Sequence record: SRR22947727_2782
DNA: 33,074 nt
Strand: one strand, 5' to 3'
Position numbers and translations under genes: made by a program. How positions within the stretch are numbered: the first letter of the stretch is position 1; each line of letters starts with the position of its first letter. This document shows positions 8,705 to 16,940 of this stretch, piece by piece. The notes below the pieces were generated by a model. It was not told the DNA's origin. It did no database searches and worked only from the letters and a program-made list of their open reading frames with translations.

Positions 8705-8708
8705 TAAC

Positions 8709-9524
8709 TTATCCAAACCGTTCATAGAACCACCCATAGCGCTGCCGGATCCAATCACACAATCCAGGGCCAAAAATCTCTAAGGCCTGGCTGGGTTGTG
8801 GTTCTACTTTGTGGCGGATCTGATGATCTCCAAACACCCCATACACCTCATCATCTTCAATAGTGATTTGCTCCACATTGTTGAAATCATGTTTGGCGTA
8901 GTAAGGGAGCCCTACATAGGAATAAAAACGCTCAAGTTCTAAACGAGGGTTAGCGCAGAGATCCTCATAGCGAATGAACAACATCTGTTGATCAATGCCC
9001 TGGCGCAACGTTTCCTGCAAGCGTTCCATCGCCAAACCCACCGGCGGAGACACCACCCAATGGTCCAGGCGTTTCTCCAGGCTGGTGTTGACCATCTCAC
9101 TGTGATTCACCATTCCTGGATCATGCAAACCTGCCTTGCGAAAATTGCGCTCCATCGAACAGAGAATATCGAGGGGATCGCGGATCATGCACACAATTTT
9201 GGGGTTGGGATAAAACGCTTCAAGGAACGCGTAATGCACACTCCAACCACGGCTTTTATCCAACAACCAGGGCTTATCCGTGAGGGCACTGGCGTAGCCC
9301 TCCAGACCTCCACGGCAAAACCCGATGAAGGCCCGCTCCATCTCCTCTCGGCCCTGCGCCTTAAATTCCTCGCCGCGGCTGAACTGCCCGCGGGCCACAT
9401 AAAGCAGATCCAGCAACCCCGATGTAGGGGTCACATGAAAAGCGGGGTTCTGCCCCACGATGTTGCTGAACAGGGTTGAACCTGCCCGAGGCAGCGACGA
9501 TTGAAAAGCGAGTTGCGTTGTCAT
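8709..9524 (-). CDS. Sulfotransferase, RaxST-like family
   Basis: Motifs SSLPRAGSTL, QNPAFHVTPTS, DKSRGW, IRDPLDILCSMER, IRYEDL and HDFNNV. Start set at the ATG at 9524, which is preceded by GAGGAG. Confidence 0.85.
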   Translation of the reverse strand: MTTQLAFQSSLPRAGSTLFSNIVGQNPAFHVTPTSGLLDLLYVARGQFSRGEEFKAQGREEMERAFIGFCRGGLEGYASALTDKPWLLDKSRGWSVHYAFLEAFYPNPKIVCMIRDPLDILCSMERNFRKAGLHDPGMVNHSEMVNTSLEKRLDHWVVSPPVGLAMERLQETLRQGIDQQMLFIRYEDLCANPRLELERFYSYVGLPYYAKHDFNNVEQITIEDDEVYGVFGDHQIRHKVEPQPSQALEIFGPGLCDWIRQRYGWFYERFG

Positions 9525-9574
9525 TGGTGGTCTCCTCTGCACTGCACCGATGCATCCAGTTCACTCACGAAAGA

Positions 9575-9964
9575 TCACTCCAGTGACAACCGAACAAAAT
9601 TCAACACCACTTGAGCTGCATGACAAGCCAGGCTGGAGTCCCTGGCGTCAAAACGATCCACAGGCGCTTCATCGTCGCGGGGATAACGGGATTCACTATT
9701 CATTCGGCTGAGTCCCTTGAGATGGAGATCCCTTAGAGGGGCAACATTGATGCCCTGACCAGCAAGCTCATCCACCAGGCGATCCAGGGAATGGCTGTAT
9801 GGAGGAATGTTGCCAAGTGATATCAGCAAACCTTTCAGAGCTTTTTCGGCTGTCTGGCCGTAGTGATAACAAGCCTGGCTATGGAAGTTCTGGGCCTCGG
9901 TGAGCTGCCCCACCCTGAAATCACTCTCTGCCTGTCGCATCCATGCGTCGATCCGTGCGCTCAT
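9575..9964 (-). CDS. HEPN domain protein (MNT-HEPN pair)
   Basis: WMRQAESDF, ACYHYGQTAEKALKGLL, PPYSHSL and SRYP. The ATG at 9964 overlaps the MNT stop (ATGA). Confidence 0.88.
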   Translation of the reverse strand: MSARIDAWMRQAESDFRVGQLTEAQNFHSQACYHYGQTAEKALKGLLISLGNIPPYSHSLDRLVDELAGQGINVAPLRDLHLKGLSRMNSESRYPRDDEAPVDRFDARDSSLACHAAQVVLNFVRLSLE

Positions 9965-10323
9965 CGATCGCCCAGGCAAAAGCTATCTGCAGCGATCGCA
10001 CGCCAATAAGGGTCATGCCCCTGGCGCAACTTTTGCCACTCCTGCACGGTGAGCGCGATCACGTCATCCGCCATCCCGCAAGCAAGAACCTGATCCGCCA
10101 ATCGATCAGCACATCCCTGATCCCGGCCGACAGCAAGCACGTCTACATCAGAAAAGGCATCCCAATCTCCCCGCGCCAAGGAGCCAAACAACCAGAGACT
10201 GCACCCATCAAAATGTGAAAGCAATGAGCTGGCTTTGCTCCTGAGGGTTTGGACACGCTCCTCCCGTTTCCGCTCTCGAATCGCGGCCACAGAAGTCTTG
10301 GTTGTGGTTTCAGACGCAAGCAT
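9961..10323 (-). CDS. Minimal nucleotidyltransferase (MNT) domain protein
   Basis: LFGSLARGDWDAFSDVDVL fits GS-x10-DxD. Coupled to the HEPN gene. Confidence 0.88.
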   Translation of the reverse strand: MLASETTTKTSVAAIRERKREERVQTLRSKASSLLSHFDGCSLWLFGSLARGDWDAFSDVDVLAVGRDQGCADRLADQVLACGMADDVIALTVQEWQKLRQGHDPYWRAIAADSFCLGDR

Positions 10324-10329
10324 GCTCAA

Positions 10330-10358
10330 ACCCTATGGCGTGCCGAGCAAGCCTGCAA
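10330..10358 (-). promoter_or_regulatory. Putative sigma70-type promoter for MNT-HEPN, possibly leaderless
   Basis: On the minus strand: TTGCAG (10358-10353), 17 nt spacer, TAGGGT (10335-10330, TAnnnT), then 6 nt to the ATG at 10323. No Shine-Dalgarno is visible. Confidence 0.35.
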
Positions 10359-10367
10359 GGCCAATCC

Positions 10368-10637
10368 TTATGCGTAGTGACTCCAAAGCCTCAACACCTT
10401 CACGATTTGCTCTTCATCTAACACCTGATACACAAGCCGGTGCTGAATATTGATCCGGCGGGAATAGGCACCCTTGAGATCTCCAACCAAGGCTTCATAG
10501 GGAGGAGGCTTCTGGAAAGGATCGCTATGGAGCAAGGCAAGCAAACGTTCAGCCTTGGCCTTCAAAGCAGGCGAGGCGCTAGCGAGCTTGCGGGCATCCC
10601 GCTGAGCCTGGCGGGTAAACAACACACGCCAGCTCAC
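10368..10637 (-). CDS. yoeB: Txe/YoeB family toxin
   Basis: PPPYEALVGDLKGAYSRRINIQHRLVYQV...KVLRLWSHY. GTG start at 10637 overlaps the antitoxin stop (GTGA). Confidence 0.92.
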   Translation of the reverse strand: MSWRVLFTRQAQRDARKLASASPALKAKAERLLALLHSDPFQKPPPYEALVGDLKGAYSRRINIQHRLVYQVLDEEQIVKVLRLWSHYA

Positions 10638-10876
10638 CAGCCAGGGGACTCGCTGAGCGAGGATTCTGGTGCCGCCATCCCTTCCAGGATCGACTCCCGC
10701 ATGCCGGGAATCGAGGAGAGATAAAGGGTTTCTTGAATCGCTCGCCAATCCTCTTCCGACACCAACACGGCATTGCCGCGCTTGCCGTGGATCTCCACTG
10801 GAGCGTGGGATTCACCAACTTCATCCACCAAGGCAAACAAACGCTTGCGCGCTTCAGTCACGGAAATCGAAGCCAC
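10634..10876 (-). CDS. yefM: Phd/YefM family antitoxin
   Basis: SVTEARKRLFALVDEV...PVEIHGKRGNAVLVSEEDWRAIQETLYLSSIPGMRESI. GTG start at 10876. Confidence 0.92.
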   Translation of the reverse strand: MASISVTEARKRLFALVDEVGESHAPVEIHGKRGNAVLVSEEDWRAIQETLYLSSIPGMRESILEGMAAPESSLSESPGW

Positions 10877-10897
10877 CTCTGCACCAATAATCAACAC

Positions 10898-10913
10898 GTA
10901 CGCAAAAGCGTAC
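10898..10913. promoter_or_regulatory. Putative YefM-YoeB autorepression operator
   Basis: Inverted repeat GTACGC-AAAA-GCGTAC about 20 nt upstream of yefM, with two GTAC cores 12 bp apart, as in the TGTACA-core operators of yefM-yoeB. Confidence 0.65.
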
Positions 10914-10939
10914 ACAGACTCAGTGCCTGGAGCAAGGCC

Positions 10940-13441
10940 TCACCCCCGCTGCGCACCAGGAATCGTTTCCCAATCCGTGTGCGTGGCCCAAAGGCCCCAG
11001 ATCGCCATCGCCCGCAGGTAGTGGCAAGCCCTGAAGGTGTTCACGGCCGTGATCGCTTCCGGGGTGCGGAATTGCAAGCCCCCCGAATACACCTGGGTCA
11101 CCACCGCTGAACAAATCGCTTCTGCGGTTTTGCCCTCTCCCATCAAGCGGTAATAGCTGGCAATTCCAAAGTTGATCCCCGTCCACACCTCCAAGGGGTG
11201 GGTGCCATTTGGATCCAAGGGCGTGCCATCACGGCGCAAACCATTGGCGACCCCGAGCGTTCCGCCAGCAAAGTTGTCAAAGCAGGCTTCCTTCACCGCC
11301 TTCAAGGTGCTGCGGCTATTGGCCTCACTCACCACCGGCGGTAACTCCAGCAAGCGCGCATAGAAATCACCGCAAAGCTGATCGGCCATCACCACCGGCG
11401 TGCCGCTTTCAGCATCGATGTCGTAGTACTCACCGTTCCAAAGCAGCGCATCAAAATTGGCGCGCGATTGCTCCAGCCAGCCACTGAAGGTGTGCTGCTC
11501 ATCGCCGGTCTCCAATCCCAGCTCCAGCTGCAGCCGTTGCGCCATCGCCAAAGCCGCCTCCAGAGCTGCGATCCAAAGCGCACCGCAATAGGCGCTCACC
11601 CCCTTGAGTGGCCAATCATCAAAGGTTTGATCTGGGGCGCCGCCGTTATCGGGCAGGCCATCGTCATTCACATCAAATTGCTTGAGGTAGTGCAACGCCT
11701 GCACCGCCGCAGGCCAGCACTCCGCCAGAAAGCTCAGGTCTTCTCCGGTGGGCGCCAATTTGAACGTGCGCCACACCTGCAAGACGTAATCGCTGGCGAG
11801 ATCCTTCCAGAGATTGCAGTCCTGATAGGCGGTGTAGTTGGTGGCATCAAACGGCACCTCATTCGGTGCTCCCAAATCGTGAGGCGTGGCCCCTTTCACC
11901 TTGCGGTCTGCTTCCACCCGGCCGCGGCCCTGGGTGAAATACCAACCGATCGGTCGTTGGGTGGCATCGGCCGCCGGAATCGCCCGGGCAAAGCTGCGAA
12001 TCACCGCCTTATCCAGCTCCGGCCAGAGCTGTAACAGCGCAAAGGAGCCGTACAAACGCACATCAAGGCTTTCGTACCAGGCGTAATCGAGGCACTCGAG
12101 CACGCCAAAGCGGCCATAGGGATCCTTGGAGCTTGCGGCCGTCCAGAGGCTGCCGCCACTGGCGAGGTCATAGAGCTCGTTGAACAGCGCCATGCGCAGC
12201 TCCTCAGGAAGCTCCTTGCGCGCCAACACCGGCGCTTGCCAGGCTTCGATTTGCTCGTGCCAAGACGTCCAATCGCGCAGTGCTTCTGCCGCAATCGCTG
12301 CCGCATGGCAACCATCGGTGCCATAAAAGTCGGTGTAGCGGCGCAGGTCGCGCACCCCCGTCGCAAAGCTCGTGACCGGCAGATCCCAGCTGATCGCCAC
12401 CGGAATCTCTCGGGTTTCACCCGGCGCCAGGGTGAATTTCACGGCGATCGCCGCACTGGCGTGCTCACCCTTACGGCTGGCGCGATCGTTGTTGCTATCG
12501 GGGATCACCCCACCCGCGGCAAAGGGCTGCCAGAGCTCAGCGCCATCACCACTGGGATCCCAGCGGCTGCAGCGCATCAGCTCCACCCCTTCCAGCGTGT
12601 CTGGCAGAGCCAGACACCACTGCCCTTCCCCTTCCGCCACCGGCGTGGAGCGCTTGCCATCGAGCAGCACCCCGCTCAGGCCATCAGCATCGATCCAGCG
12701 GTTGCTTTGACCCTCGCCAGCTCCAATCGCTGGGGCGTAGTTGTGCTCGGGGCTGCCGTCATCACGGAAGTGCACCTCTGCCGAGGAATCGGTGTTGGTA
12801 AACCAGCCCACCGTGTTGCGCCAACTCAGCAGCAACGACATCTCCAAGGGCTTGTTGGTGGGGTTGCTGAGCGTCCAGCGGAACACCGCCACCGGATAAC
12901 TGCTGCGTTGGTAATCACCCGGAAGGATCGGGCTGAACGCCTCGCAGCTCACCTCAGCGCGAAACACCCCGGCGTAGTGATTCCAGCTCAGGGGATAGCG
13001 AGCGGCATAGGTGCCCTTACTGGTCTCCTCCGTGCTGGCGGGATACCACTGCCAGCTGCTGAGCGGCGTGCCCGACTCCGGCCTGGAGTCATCACGCGTT
13101 GGCTCTGTGGCCAAGGCATGCACGCGCACCTGATCGCCTTGCTGTTCCCAAAGCGCGAATTGGCAATCGGGAATGCTGCCGTACCAATGCTCACCGCCAT
13201 CGAGGTGCCAAAGGTTGAAATCACCACGGGAGCTGCGGCCGATACAACCAGCACCAAAGCCACCCAGGGGCATGCCATGCCAGGGGCCATCGTCGAGGTT
13301 GCTGGCGTAGCGCACCGTGAACGGGGACTGCCAGCCCAAGCCAAACGAACGGCTCCAGCTGGCCTCTGGTGGTTGCCAGCCCTTCCCTGCTGAGCCGCGG
13401 CTCAGCCGTGAACGCAATGCGGACAGTCCGAGCGGTGCCAT
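10940..13441 (-). CDS. GH116 glycoside hydrolase (non-lysosomal glucosylceramidase/GBA2-like)
   Basis: GMPLGGFGAGCIGR, FGVLECLDYAWYESLDVR, PHDLG, WKDL, DQTFDDW, EVWTG, FRTPEA and YLRAMAIW. Confidence 0.92.
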   Translation of the reverse strand: MAPLGLSALRSRLSRGSAGKGWQPPEASWSRSFGLGWQSPFTVRYASNLDDGPWHGMPLGGFGAGCIGRSSRGDFNLWHLDGGEHWYGSIPDCQFALWEQQGDQVRVHALATEPTRDDSRPESGTPLSSWQWYPASTEETSKGTYAARYPLSWNHYAGVFRAEVSCEAFSPILPGDYQRSSYPVAVFRWTLSNPTNKPLEMSLLLSWRNTVGWFTNTDSSAEVHFRDDGSPEHNYAPAIGAGEGQSNRWIDADGLSGVLLDGKRSTPVAEGEGQWCLALPDTLEGVELMRCSRWDPSGDGAELWQPFAAGGVIPDSNNDRASRKGEHASAAIAVKFTLAPGETREIPVAISWDLPVTSFATGVRDLRRYTDFYGTDGCHAAAIAAEALRDWTSWHEQIEAWQAPVLARKELPEELRMALFNELYDLASGGSLWTAASSKDPYGRFGVLECLDYAWYESLDVRLYGSFALLQLWPELDKAVIRSFARAIPAADATQRPIGWYFTQGRGRVEADRKVKGATPHDLGAPNEVPFDATNYTAYQDCNLWKDLASDYVLQVWRTFKLAPTGEDLSFLAECWPAAVQALHYLKQFDVNDDGLPDNGGAPDQTFDDWPLKGVSAYCGALWIAALEAALAMAQRLQLELGLETGDEQHTFSGWLEQSRANFDALLWNGEYYDIDAESGTPVVMADQLCGDFYARLLELPPVVSEANSRSTLKAVKEACFDNFAGGTLGVANGLRRDGTPLDPNGTHPLEVWTGINFGIASYYRLMGEGKTAEAICSAVVTQVYSGGLQFRTPEAITAVNTFRACHYLRAMAIWGLWATHTDWETIPGAQRG

Positions 13442-13613
13442 GCAGAGGCCGAAAGTGGACCCAGATTGCCAGAGCTGGCCAGAAGAGCCAGGGCCTTGCT
13501 AGGAGCTAGGCGACTGAGCCCTTCCCCCCTGCAGCCTTTAAACGCTCACCGGCAGCAAAGCCCAGCCCCTTGTGCCGTTGGCGCTGCCCTGATGGAAAAC
13601 GCGTGAGAGCCCA

Positions 13614-15152
13614 GTGAGAATAGGCAATTTAAGGGAATTGCAATCGCTGGCTTGCATCCCCTTTTTGGGCATCCTCGCCAGCCTGCAGCTGATCGACCCC
13701 AGCGTGGCCAATATCGCCTTGGTGAAAGCCAGCGATGCCTTGCAGATGCATGGCGCTGTGTTGGCCCTCGGCGCCAGCGTGTCGACCCTGGCCCAAGCCG
13801 CATCGGTGCTGGTAATGGGCTTTTTCGGCGACCGTTTTGGCCGGCGCAGGGTGCTGGCGGCCTCGCTACTGCTCGCGGTGGTGGGGAATCTGCTTTCAAT
13901 GCTGTCGGGCGAGGCGGGCCTATTCCTGGTTGGCCGTGCTCTCACCGGCATCGCCCTCGGCTCAGTGCTCACCAGCACTTTTGCCAGCGTGCGCTTCGTG
14001 ACACCCGCCGCTGGCGTGAGCGCCGCCCTGGGCCTCTGGAACCTGCTGATCGTGGTGGGCTTCATCAGCGGCTCCCTGATCGGTGGCTGGATGGCCACCA
14101 TCAATTGGCGCCTGTCTTTTTTGCTGGTGCCGATCATTTGCAGCGCCAGCCTGCTGCTCTTACCAGCACTGCTGCCTGCCATTCCAGGCAATCGCGCCCT
14201 CAAGCCCGACCTCCCTGGCCTGGCGAGCATCGCGATCGCGATGGTGCTGTTTTTATTTGGCATCAACCACGCCGCTTTAGGGCTGCGCAGCCCCAGCTTC
14301 TGGCTGCCGGCCTGCAGCGGACTGCTCTTGTTTGTGCTGCACATCAGCCTTGAGCGCCGCAGCCGCAAACCGATGTTTCCGCCGCGGCTGTACCTGCGTG
14401 GTTTCTTTGCCGCAGCCGTGATCAATGGGATCGGCTGGAATGTGGCCCAAGCGGTGGTGCAGCTGCAAACCAGCAACTTCTGGCAGCTGGTGCAGGGCTA
14501 CAGCACCAGTGCGGTGGCCTTCGCTCAACTGCCCTTCCTGATCTGTTTTGGCGTGGCGGGGATCTACGCCGGGCGCTGGATGGGTCCTGGCCGGCGCACC
14601 TTGGTGTTGATGGCGGGCGGCAGCCTGGCGCTGGTGCTCGGCCTGGCCCTATTCGCCATCGTGCAAGTGCAAACGCCCTATTGGCAGCTGCTGCCGGCCC
14701 TGATGCTGGCAGGCCTCGGCCTGGCCTTTGTGGCCGTGCCCCAATCCGCCTTGTTTGTACAGGAAGCACCAGAGGATTGCTTTGGATCGGTGCTGGCCTT
14801 TCGCACCACGAGCGGCCAGCTGGGCTTTGCCTTTGGACTCGCCGCCAGCGGCACGATGATCAGCGGCTTTGGCTTCCATGATCTCCACAGCCGCATGCAG
14901 GCCGCAGGCCTGGGCTTGGAGCATCTGCCCCAACTCGACGAGCAGATTCGTTTGTTTTTGCGCAATAGCCCGATCTCGCTTGAGGGATCGGCGTCTCAGC
15001 AGCTTCTCAATCTTCTGCGGGAGGCCTACACCCAGGGACTAGCCGGAACGATGCTGGTTGTGGCGGTGCTCACGGGGCTGCTGTTTGCGATCAGCTTGCT
15101 GCTGTTGATCATTGGCCGCGAGCAACAACTGCTCCATCAAGAAGGTTCCTGA
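13614..15152 (+). CDS. MFS transporter (DHA2/EmrB-QacA-like)
   Basis: MFS motif A GFFGDRFGRRRVL, GRALTGIALG, many hydrophobic segments and a large loop before the last helix. Confidence 0.88.
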   Translation: MRIGNLRELQSLACIPFLGILASLQLIDPSVANIALVKASDALQMHGAVLALGASVSTLAQAASVLVMGFFGDRFGRRRVLAASLLLAVVGNLLSMLSGEAGLFLVGRALTGIALGSVLTSTFASVRFVTPAAGVSAALGLWNLLIVVGFISGSLIGGWMATINWRLSFLLVPIICSASLLLLPALLPAIPGNRALKPDLPGLASIAIAMVLFLFGINHAALGLRSPSFWLPACSGLLLFVLHISLERRSRKPMFPPRLYLRGFFAAAVINGIGWNVAQAVVQLQTSNFWQLVQGYSTSAVAFAQLPFLICFGVAGIYAGRWMGPGRRTLVLMAGGSLALVLGLALFAIVQVQTPYWQLLPALMLAGLGLAFVAVPQSALFVQEAPEDCFGSVLAFRTTSGQLGFAFGLAASGTMISGFGFHDLHSRMQAAGLGLEHLPQLDEQIRLFLRNSPISLEGSASQQLLNLLREAYTQGLAGTMLVVAVLTGLLFAISLLLLIIGREQQLLHQEGS

Positions 15153-15406
15153 GCGATACCGTCTTCCGCATCAAGCAAGGCATCGAGCGTGACCGCTGTG
15201 CGCACCAGCGCTTGATAGCGCTGCAACACCCGTCGATTGCGCTCCAACCAACGGGCGGCATCGACTGGCGTATCTCGGCTGCCCCCACTCACCAAGCCGG
15301 AGGGATTATCCACATCCATCAGCTCTAAATCACCCTGTTGGGCCAGGAGGGCCAACAGGATGTCGTGGAGGCGTTGCCGGCGCTCCTTGATCCCATTGGT
15401 GCACAT
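15137..15406 (-). CDS. Small hypothetical protein
   Basis: Plausible helical protein (ERRQRLHDILLALL...ARWLERNRRVLQRYQALVRTAVTLDALLDAE) that fills the gap between genes. It overlaps the MFS 3' end by 16 nt. Start uncertain. Confidence 0.6.
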   Translation of the reverse strand: MCTNGIKERRQRLHDILLALLAQQGDLELMDVDNPSGLVSGGSRDTPVDAARWLERNRRVLQRYQALVRTAVTLDALLDAEDGIAQEPS

Positions 15407-15480
15407 TTCAACCACACCGCTCTCGCTGTGGCCATCTTGAAGGGATGGAGGTCATATGCCTCCGCGCACTCACCCTTTTC

Positions 15481-15981
15481 ATGCTTGTTTCCAAACGAAG
15501 CAAGGTGCTGACAGCTCTGCTGGCGCTCTGCAGCGGCCTTGGTGCTCCAGCGGTATTGGCCGAGGAGCTTTACGTACTCGACACCACCTGCAGCACCCCA
15601 ACCTCCCCCAACTTTTCTTGCCAAGTGAAGGCCATTGATGTGGATGACACCACGGAATATCGCCATCGCTTTGGATCACGCACGGTGAGTTACCGCGTGA
15701 TTGAAGATCCCTACGTCCGCATCGAAGGGCGGGCTAGCAACAGCGCGCCTTGGACCTCGGTGAAAAACGCCTCGATCAATTTCAAAACAGAGGAGCTTTG
15801 CTTCAACAGCAAGGCCTTTTGCGTGAACAATCCCACCTTTCTGGCCGATGTGCTGACCCAAGGCGGGGATGCCATTCAAGGCCGCACCCGCCTCGGCTTG
15901 GCCTTTGCCGGCAACGGCCGTGTGGATGTGTCTTGCTTTGACAACGGCTGCGATCGCCTCATGGAGGCCATTCAAAAATGA
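15481..15981 (+). CDS. Secreted Cys-containing hypothetical protein
   Basis: Signal peptide MLVSKRSKVLTALLALCSGLGAPAVLA|EE and three apparent Cys pairs in the mature part. ATGA overlap with the next gene. Alternative start at 15445. Confidence 0.7.
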   Translation: MLVSKRSKVLTALLALCSGLGAPAVLAEELYVLDTTCSTPTSPNFSCQVKAIDVDDTTEYRHRFGSRTVSYRVIEDPYVRIEGRASNSAPWTSVKNASINFKTEELCFNSKAFCVNNPTFLADVLTQGGDAIQGRTRLGLAFAGNGRVDVSCFDNGCDRLMEAIQK

Positions 15982-16913
15982 CAAACAAAGTCCAAAAGAC
16001 AGGCCTGGCAGGAGCGATCGGCGTTTTGCTGATGCTGCAACCAGCAGCAGCCCTCTCCGCCTTTGAGGCGACACCAACTTCTGCCACAACAACGTCTGCC
16101 ACAGAAGAGCTGCTGATCAGCCAACGCGGCGGGGGCGGCTCGAGAGGCGGCGGGGGATCCAGGGGAGGGGGATCACGCAGCAGTTCTCGCAGCAGTTCAC
16201 GCAGCAGTGGATCACGCTCCAGCAGCCGCTCCAGCAGTGGCCGCACCGGATTTAGTTCCTACAGCGGCAGCCGCCAGGGCACGCGACAGTCCACCCGCAG
16301 CAACCGGCAAAGCACGCGCAGCGGCACCCGTGATACGCGTCAAACGAGCCGGACCGACAACCGGGGAACGCGCCAAAACTCGCGCAGCAGCAATGTTGAT
16401 TCCCGTCAGCAGGGACGCACGAGCCGCACAGATACACGCCAAAGCGGCCGCAATGATCGGGTGAACAACCGCTCAGAGACCCGCCGCGATGCCGTGAACA
16501 ACTGGGATCGCTACGGCAATGGTTGGTACAGCGGATCGAGCTGGTACAACAACCGCCCCTGGAACAACGGTTGGTACGGCGGGTCCTATTACAACAACTG
16601 GCGTTGGTACCCCGGCCAAGCAGCTGCCTGGGGTCTTGCTGGGATGGCCACCTTTGCCACCATCAACAACCTGGTGAATTCAGCGCAAACCAGCCAAGTG
16701 AGCTACATCGAAGTCCCAAACTCCGATTACTCGCTCTACTACCCCAGCGTGACGGCCACTGGGGATGTGGTGAGTTTTGAAGCCGACAACGGCTATGACA
16801 CCGTGCGCTTCAACGCCAACTGCCGCGATGGCACCCTCAACGGCGGAGCACCGCTCAATGCCAATGAGGCCCAATTGCTCAATGCAGCCTGTCAGGTGGC
16901 CTTCGGTCAGTAA
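15978..16913 (+). CDS. Secreted low-complexity Arg/Ser/Gly-rich protein with Trp/Tyr-rich segment
   Basis: Signal peptide, SRGGGG/RSSS repeats, 11-aa RQxxR repeats, a GWY/NNW-rich block, a hydrophobic stretch and a C-terminal domain with two Cys. Confidence 0.75.
   Translation: MTNKVQKTGLAGAIGVLLMLQPAAALSAFEATPTSATTTSATEELLISQRGGGGSRGGGGSRGGGSRSSSRSSSRSSGSRSSSRSSSGRTGFSSYSGSRQGTRQSTRSNRQSTRSGTRDTRQTSRTDNRGTRQNSRSSNVDSRQQGRTSRTDTRQSGRNDRVNNRSETRRDAVNNWDRYGNGWYSGSSWYNNRPWNNGWYGGSYYNNWRWYPGQAAAWGLAGMATFATINNLVNSAQTSQVSYIEVPNSDYSLYYPSVTATGDVVSFEADNGYDTVRFNANCRDGTLNGGAPLNANEAQLLNAACQVAFGQ
16305..16502 (+). repeat. Six degenerate 11-amino-acid (33 bp) coding repeats
   Basis: RQSTRSGTRDT / RQTSRTDNRGT / RQNSRSSNVDS / RQQGRTSRTDT / RQSGRNDRVNN / RSETRRDAVNN. 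Confidence 0.7.
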
Positions 16914-16940
16914 CCGGTCCGCCATAGAGACAGCTCCGGC

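Noticed and set aside
8242-10940. Integron-like cassette array
   Set aside because: No attC-like repeats at the junctions and no integrase in the window.
12236-13393. 385-aa plus-strand ORF
   Set aside because: Antisense to GH116; typical of GC-rich codon bias, with no motifs.
13538-14476. 312-aa minus-strand ORF
   Set aside because: Antisense shadow of the MFS transporter.
16120-16245. Short tandem DNA repeats as CRISPR or VNTR
   Set aside because: They encode the GGGGSR/RSSS low-complexity tract; there are no unique spacers or cas genes.
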